64,000 nucleotides of DNA. Origin: a virus. Location: positions 11,791-75,790 of the IMG/VR virus record IMGVR_UViG_3300042549_007551, one strand, 5' to 3'. Shown one piece after another: positions 59,145 to 64,000 of this stretch. A program made the position numbers and the translations under genes. The notes beneath the pieces were generated by a model that worked only from the letters and a program-made list of their open reading frames with translations, had not been told where the DNA came from and ran no database searches. Each line of letters starts with the position of its first letter. Position 1 is the first letter of the stretch.

Positions 59145-60733
59145 CAGAGTAACAACTTCTGGATTTCATTATCGAAGAAGATGGTGCGTTTCACACCTTG
59201 TACATAATAAGAACCGTTCTTATGTATCATCGTTGCTTTGGCTAAGTGTCCTTCAATTAAATTTTGGAAACCGTTTGTACCTTTGTTACGAATCGCTTTG
59301 CGTCCATTCGCTTTACAGTATTGTTCGTACATCCGATAGAGATCACTACGCAACATTTCATCTTTGTTATTTGTCGTAACGTTAATGCATTCTTGCCAGA
59401 ACATCCCAATGATGTCTGAGTCGACGCGGTACTGTAAGAACTTCTGTTCGATGTTATGTGGCTTTGGTTCTTGTTTAATCTTAAGTCCCTTGTGCTTAAA
59501 GTAATTTAGATATAACCAAGCTTGGATTTTAGGGTACTCTTCTGCCAGCTTGTTTAAGAGGTTGGGGTCCTCTTTTACAATCTTAAAATCAAATGGAACT
59601 AAGATTAATCGTTTGAAGATAGGATCAAGTGCAGACCAGTCTCCGAAGTTAATCAACGAGTTAGCAATGACAAGCGGTGTCCCACAGACGTTGACTTCAT
59701 AGTTTCTGGAATACGCTGGACGAATGACAGTCATAATCTTATTGCCAAACTCATCACGTCCACCTTCAGTAATTTCTTTAATGTTCTGTGTTGATGCAAC
59801 CATACGTTCATCGATCTCATTAAAGATTAATAAACTTCTACCTTCAGTTGCAGCCAACGCGTCATCTTTTTTATACGAGCTTTGTGGTTGTGAGTTCAGA
59901 TACTCAGCGTTCATACGGACAGCATGCGGTCCAAGAATATCTTGTAAGACTTTGATGACTGTACTCTTACCGTTACGACCTGACTCACCGATAAAGTAAA
60001 TCATCACTTGGTTGTAGTTGTATGGTGACATCAAGTACGCCAACACTTTATGGAAGTAGGCAACTCTATCTTTGTCGTTTAACATATACTCACTGATCAA
60101 CTGTAACCATAATGTTGGTTCATCGTCTGTCGTGTTAATCGGAACTGGACTAATGTGCATCAAGTGTAAGTCTTGGGTATCTTTAAAGGCAACTGGTTTT
60201 AGATTGAAGCTGACTTTACTCATGTCGAGAATCGCACGTCGTCCATCTGTGGTTTCAAAGTAACGTAAGTTTTCGGTTGCATTCACAATGTCAGCACTCT
60301 TACGTATCGTAAAGATAATCGCTGTCTTGATCCGCGCAGCCAATGCGTTGAGTCTACCTGGAACAAAGAATGCTTTGGCATATCTATAAAAGATTTCATC
60401 CTTTGCTGCTTCGGCTTCTTCAGCAACGACACTGAAAAAGTCTGTTAACATATTGCGTAGTTTGGTTTCGTCTTGTTCGAAGTGCCATAGACCATTGATG
60501 TTGTCATAGACCAACATCTGTTCTTTGTCTTCGACATACTTGAAGTACGAACCTAACCACTCAAATGTTTTTTGTGGAATCGGAATCGCAGCATCACTTG
60601 TCAACTCAGCGACGAACCTTTTGATTTCCGGTTCGGACAAGTTCGAACGATCTTGAAACATTGTGAATACTTCTTTCACGTGCTTACGAAGATGCGCTTT
60701 GTAACTCGTCAAGTAGTTATTAAAAACTGCCAT
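59144..60733 (-). CDS. P4/D5-type SF3 helicase (primase-associated family), no obvious primase domain
   Basis: Walker A GESGRNGKST, Walker B LIFNE, motif C VIAN, RLILVPF, C-terminal winged helix RSDLYRMYEQYC. Confidence 0.85.
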   Translation of the reverse strand: MAVFNNYLTSYKAHLRKHVKEVFTMFQDRSNLSEPEIKRFVAELTSDAAIPIPQKTFEWLGSYFKYVEDKEQMLVYDNINGLWHFEQDETKLRNMLTDFFSVVAEEAEAAKDEIFYRYAKAFFVPGRLNALAARIKTAIIFTIRKSADIVNATENLRYFETTDGRRAILDMSKVSFNLKPVAFKDTQDLHLMHISPVPINTTDDEPTLWLQLISEYMLNDKDRVAYFHKVLAYLMSPYNYNQVMIYFIGESGRNGKSTVIKVLQDILGPHAVRMNAEYLNSQPQSSYKKDDALAATEGRSLLIFNEIDERMVASTQNIKEITEGGRDEFGNKIMTVIRPAYSRNYEVNVCGTPLVIANSLINFGDWSALDPIFKRLILVPFDFKIVKEDPNLLNKLAEEYPKIQAWLYLNYFKHKGLKIKQEPKPHNIEQKFLQYRVDSDIIGMFWQECINVTTNNKDEMLRSDLYRMYEQYCKANGRKAIRNKGTNGFQNLIEGHLAKATMIHKNGSYYVQGVKRTIFFDNEIQKLLL

Positions 60734-60794
60734 GTCTGTATCTCCTATCTTGGAATTATCCCGTTTCTATCGGGCTTTTCCTACTTCTGCTATG

Positions 60795-60823
60795 AGTATA
60801 GCATAGTAGAATTTATTTGTCAA
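60795..60823 (-). promoter_or_regulatory. near-consensus sigma-A/70 promoter
   Basis: TTGACA-17 nt-TATACT with TG extension. Confidence 0.8.
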
Positions 60824-60867
60824 CACATGCAACACAGAAAGTACACAGTCTGTGTATTACATCTTGT

Positions 60868-61050
60868 CTACATTGTCAAGTAAAATATTAAACTTGCGAG
60901 TCCACCCGCTGCTGCAGAAACTGCTAACACATAAAGCAGTCCTATAATAAATGGCACCCAACCAAACATGATAAGTTCATAGACTGGTGTCCGTTGGACG
61001 AACAACATAAAGAATAGGGCGACACTAAATGCAATTGTGAATACCATCAT
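60868..61050 (-). CDS. small two-TM membrane protein
   Basis: Almost entirely hydrophobic; RBS AAGGAG. Confidence 0.6.
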   Translation of the reverse strand: MMVFTIAFSVALFFMLFVQRTPVYELIMFGWVPFIIGLLYVLAVSAAAGGLASLIFYLTM

Positions 61051-61718
61051 TTCTCCTTGCTGACGATGTCCGCTTCATAGAGGAAGTCGTCTGTATCTTC
61101 GGTCACCCAAGCATGCTCTTGTTCACAGCTATACTCCTGGGTATTAATTTTCCAAGGTTTGTCTTTGTACTCCTTGGTGACGAAGCTCGGTTCATACCAA
61201 CGTAAGATCCGGTTGTTGGGTTGCAGTGCGAACTGTCCTGTCTCCAACATGATGAAGTGATGCGACTTATGTTCTTGCGGATCTTCGGATAACGTGAAGT
61301 CCATCCCGTTGTTCTCGTTGGCTCCCCATTGGATCGTGTACAAGTAAGTCCCTTGTAACGTCGTTCGGTTTTTCATCCTGACATCGACACTAGCATTATA
61401 CACATAGTTCAAGGTTACTAAGCTGAATACTTTAGAGAAGCAGTCCCACAACTGTAGACTATGGAATGGGTAAGTCTCCCAGACCTTTTCGTCTTCTGGT
61501 AACTTCCATGCTAAGGCAGAGATCGGTAACTTGTCCCGCATCATGCCATACTCGGTCAAGACTTGGAACAGTGCAGCCGAACCTTCGTTGCATCTGACCG
61601 AGATCAGAACCGCCTTCGTGTACTTGCCTACGTACTCGGGCGCATCAGGTTTGTCAAAAAAGAACCCATCCCGTACGTAGACTTTCATTGGCGGCAAGCT
61701 TGCTTCAATGTATGCCAT
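61047..61718 (-). CDS. phage hypothetical protein
   Basis: Start reassigned to MAYIEASL behind AGGAG; promoter TGTTATACT at 61736-61744; QLWDCF, EHKSHH and QPNNR motifs. Confidence 0.7.
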   Translation of the reverse strand: MAYIEASLPPMKVYVRDGFFFDKPDAPEYVGKYTKAVLISVRCNEGSAALFQVLTEYGMMRDKLPISALAWKLPEDEKVWETYPFHSLQLWDCFSKVFSLVTLNYVYNASVDVRMKNRTTLQGTYLYTIQWGANENNGMDFTLSEDPQEHKSHHFIMLETGQFALQPNNRILRWYEPSFVTKEYKDKPWKINTQEYSCEQEHAWVTEDTDDFLYEADIVSKEK

Positions 61719-62060
61719 AGTGATCTCCTGTATGTAGTATAACACAGACAACACAGAAATACACAACAACCTGCAGAACCTGTGCACCTGCTTCTGTGAT
61801 AGCTGCCGAACTCGCGCACCTGCTTCTGGTAAGACAAGCGGTTGGTTTCTGGATTTAGTATATCATACCTTAGCCGACATCTGTCCAGGATCGACTATGG
61901 TTGCGACTTAACGTCCTACGAAGGGTTGGCGAATTAAGGTGCCATCTCTATGATGTAGCGCATGTAGTATAAGTAGGCACTTCCCTTGGAGTATCCTATA
62001 GAGTGTCTATTAGATATATATAATATAGGAGGTATAAGGACTGACTGATTGTTTAAAAGA

Positions 62061-62142
62061 TATACTACTTATACTACTTATACTACTTTAGTCGTTGTAG
62101 ACGGTATGTTTGCTCAAGTGCTTATACTACCTGTATACTACC
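62061..62142. repeat. TATACTAC(T/C) iteron-like direct repeats
   Basis: Three tandem tatactact copies (62061-62087) and two tatactacc copies (about 62123-62142). Confidence 0.75.
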
Positions 62143-62642
62143 ATTGGAGAAAAGCTCGCTATATATATTTATATATATATACACCCCCACAACAAAATTG
62201 CATTTAAGAACCACCCCCCCCCTACCCCCCAGGCACTACCCTCATTATAAAACTATTACATATAATACATGTACCACAACAATAGGTACACCGTAAAAAC
62301 GTCATACCGCAAGGTATCTACCTTTTCCGCGCGTTCAGAGCCACAATAACCCGAAGGGCACAGTAAGTTTCCAACTTACGATCAGTGCATCGTAGATGTT
62401 ATTAGGCTCCTTACGTGTTAATATCCTTGGATTCATAAGTTTTTCGAGTACCTCTATTTGTCACTACATATACTATATCTACATAATTTTACATATCTAG
62501 ACCATATGAATCTAATCCACACCCAATAACGTGAGCCCGCTCACAACCATTCTCAACCTCCGGCCTCGCCTGGCGTTTTTATTAAACTACGGATACACTA
62601 GTCGTGTCAACTACACCCGCAAAACCAGAGGAGGGCATAATT

Positions 62643-62867
62643 ATGCCATTTTATTTGACTTTAGGAGATGGAAAGAATGCAATCAATGCATTTGAAGTAA
62701 CTCTTTCCAGCAAAGCTGGTGGAACTCGTGTCCGTACATTCATGTATGACCCGACGAAAATTGGCGTCAAGCAAGAAGCCATTGGCACGATTCCTTTGGA
62801 TCGCGCTAATCTTCCTGTTGGAAGTGTCTTCGTTTACGAAGCCGCACCTACTTCTGAAAAGAAGTAG
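62643..62867 (+). CDS. first plus-strand (probably early) gene, hypothetical
   Basis: ATG at 62643 behind GAGGAGGG. Confidence 0.65.
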   Translation: MPFYLTLGDGKNAINAFEVTLSSKAGGTRVRTFMYDPTKIGVKQEAIGTIPLDRANLPVGSVFVYEAAPTSEKK

Positions 62868-62880
62868 GTCGCTTTTTTTT
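62844..62880 (+). terminator. Rho-independent terminator (GAAA tetraloop)
   Basis: ACCTACTTCT-GAAA-AGAAGTAGGT then T8; overlaps the stop codon. Confidence 0.85.
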
Positions 62881-63060
62881 AAGGTCATAGACCTTAGAAA
62901 CCTATTATAAACACTGTTAAGTGTATGTGCTAAATGCACAAAAAACAGGATGTTCCTGTTCGGTTTTAGTACTTTCCATATAAAAAAGTACATATATGAA
63001 CTAATAAGGTAAATTCCTTTAATAGTTCACCAAAGCTTATTGCTCTAGGAGGGGCACAAC

Positions 63061-63207
63061 ATGCGTAAAAACGCAAAAACAAGTCGTTGGGTTTTAATAC
63101 AAAATTTTGATTTAAAATCAAAGACATTCAGTACTACATTTGACAAACCTGTTTTATATGAAGTTAATACAGGTCGTATTGTTACTAAATGGCCTACAAT
63201 TAAATAA
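63061..63207 (+). CDS. 48-aa hypothetical early protein
   Basis: RBS AGGAGG; MRKNAKTSRWVLIQNF...KWPTIK. Confidence 0.65.
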   Translation: MRKNAKTSRWVLIQNFDLKSKTFSTTFDKPVLYEVNTGRIVTKWPTIK

Positions 63208-63325
63208 TGCGGGATAGGCTGAACAACGTAAGTCCTATCTTGTGTCTATTAGCAGTTACCCTTCTGCTATAACAAAAAGGGAAACCAGGGTTGTGACCTA
63301 CACAAAGCTTATCTAGGAGGATAAT

Positions 63326-63727
63326 ATGTCTAAAAAACTAAAAGAACTGTATATTGCTTTAAACAATGCAATGAATTCTGGACGTATTGATGAAGAGTAT
63401 CTTCAATACATTGATCGTCTTCAAGATGAAATACAAGCATTAGAAAATCAAACACAAAAACCTATGCAACAATTATCAATACTATCTGTCTATCACGTTC
63501 CATCACTAGAAAAATTGTATATTAAAGTTGTTGATGTAGATGGTCCACGTTATGTTTTAGAACTTGTTGAATATAAAGAAGATGCTTCTGTGTTCAATCA
63601 AGATCAAGTCAAAGAATTACTTGAAGATTTTCGTTCACATAACAAAGACCAAGCTTACTTCTCTAATGAACTTCTTCATACTGAAATGAAAAAAGGTCTT
63701 GTTGAATTTCACAAGGAAATATTATGA
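63326..63727 (+). CDS. hypothetical early protein
   Basis: RBS AGGAGG. Confidence 0.7.
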   Translation: MSKKLKELYIALNNAMNSGRIDEEYLQYIDRLQDEIQALENQTQKPMQQLSILSVYHVPSLEKLYIKVVDVDGPRYVLELVEYKEDASVFNQDQVKELLEDFRSHNKDQAYFSNELLHTEMKKGLVEFHKEIL

Positions 63728-63903
63728 CATTCGAAGAATTCTGTAAACAAGCTGAAGCATCTCCCTTCCACTGGGAGATCTTCGGCGAAATGAATGAACT
63801 TCTACATGAAGGTTATTCAGAACAACAAGCTTATACCCAAGCATTAGCTTACGGATATGACTTGGAACAAGAAGCATTACGCTTTGAAAAAAGTCTACAA
63901 TAA
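63724..63903 (+). CDS. 59-aa acidic hypothetical early protein
   Basis: ATGA overlap, RBS AAGGA; MTFEEFCKQAEASPFHWEIF... Confidence 0.65.
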   Translation: MTFEEFCKQAEASPFHWEIFGEMNELLHEGYSEQQAYTQALAYGYDLEQEALRFEKSLQ

Positions 63904-63964
63904 CATAGTAAACTACACAGACTTTACACACCTGTGTAGTTTGCGTTTAATGAAAGGAATAATT

Positions 63965-64000
63965 ATGGAACACACAGTGTTACTTTCTCACAATGCTATG
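63965..64000 (+). CDS. 3'-truncated ORF
   Basis: ATG behind AAAGGA; open to the window end. Confidence 0.45.
   Translation, partial: MEHTVLLSHNAM

Noticed and set aside
62061-62142. CRISPR array
   Set aside because: The repeats are 9 bp and tandem, with no spacers and no cas genes
62661-62993. Minus-strand ORFs 62661..62993 and 63722..63931, and plus-strand 62719..62910
   Set aside because: They overlap better-supported plus-strand genes that have an RBS and terminator
1-64000. Alternative genetic code (UGA=Trp or UAG recoding)
   Set aside because: Genes are intact in code 11 and TGA, TAG and TAA all end genes, with tight overlaps to the next start

Overview
Low-GC dsDNA tailed-phage (podovirus-like) genome segment. 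The host is most likely a Bacilli/Mollicutes-type bacterium: strong AAGGAGG Shine-Dalgarno sites, TGn-extended -10 promoters, a Prp-protease cleavage motif, standard code 11, and no recognisable endolysin. The minus strand (2134-61718) carries an SF3 helicase, MazG, VRR-NUC, terminase, portal, probable scaffold, adaptor/nozzle proteins decorated with LRR, RCC1 and lamin-tail domains, two tail fibres, a cluster of tiny basic proteins, an N4-gp56-type major capsid protein and a 24-kb ORF (8038 aa). By eye, that giant, apparently cysteine-free protein contains a single-chain two-barrel (beta+beta'-like) RNA polymerase core with an intact DxDGD site, a DEDD-exonuclease-like domain, an N-terminal membrane-insertion-like region and an ejection-protein-like C-terminus. 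It is most plausibly an injected virion RNA polymerase polyprotein. Plus-strand (probably early/middle) genes lie at both ends. The left block ends in a 79-nt RNA gene that looks like the tRNA-like domain of tmRNA (G3-U70, no D stem, no anticodon loop, no tag ORF), bracketed by a perfect 15-bp inverted repeat. A repeat-rich non-coding divergence zone at about 61.8-62.6 kb is a candidate origin or genome end. All family assignments are motif recognition by eye, not database results.
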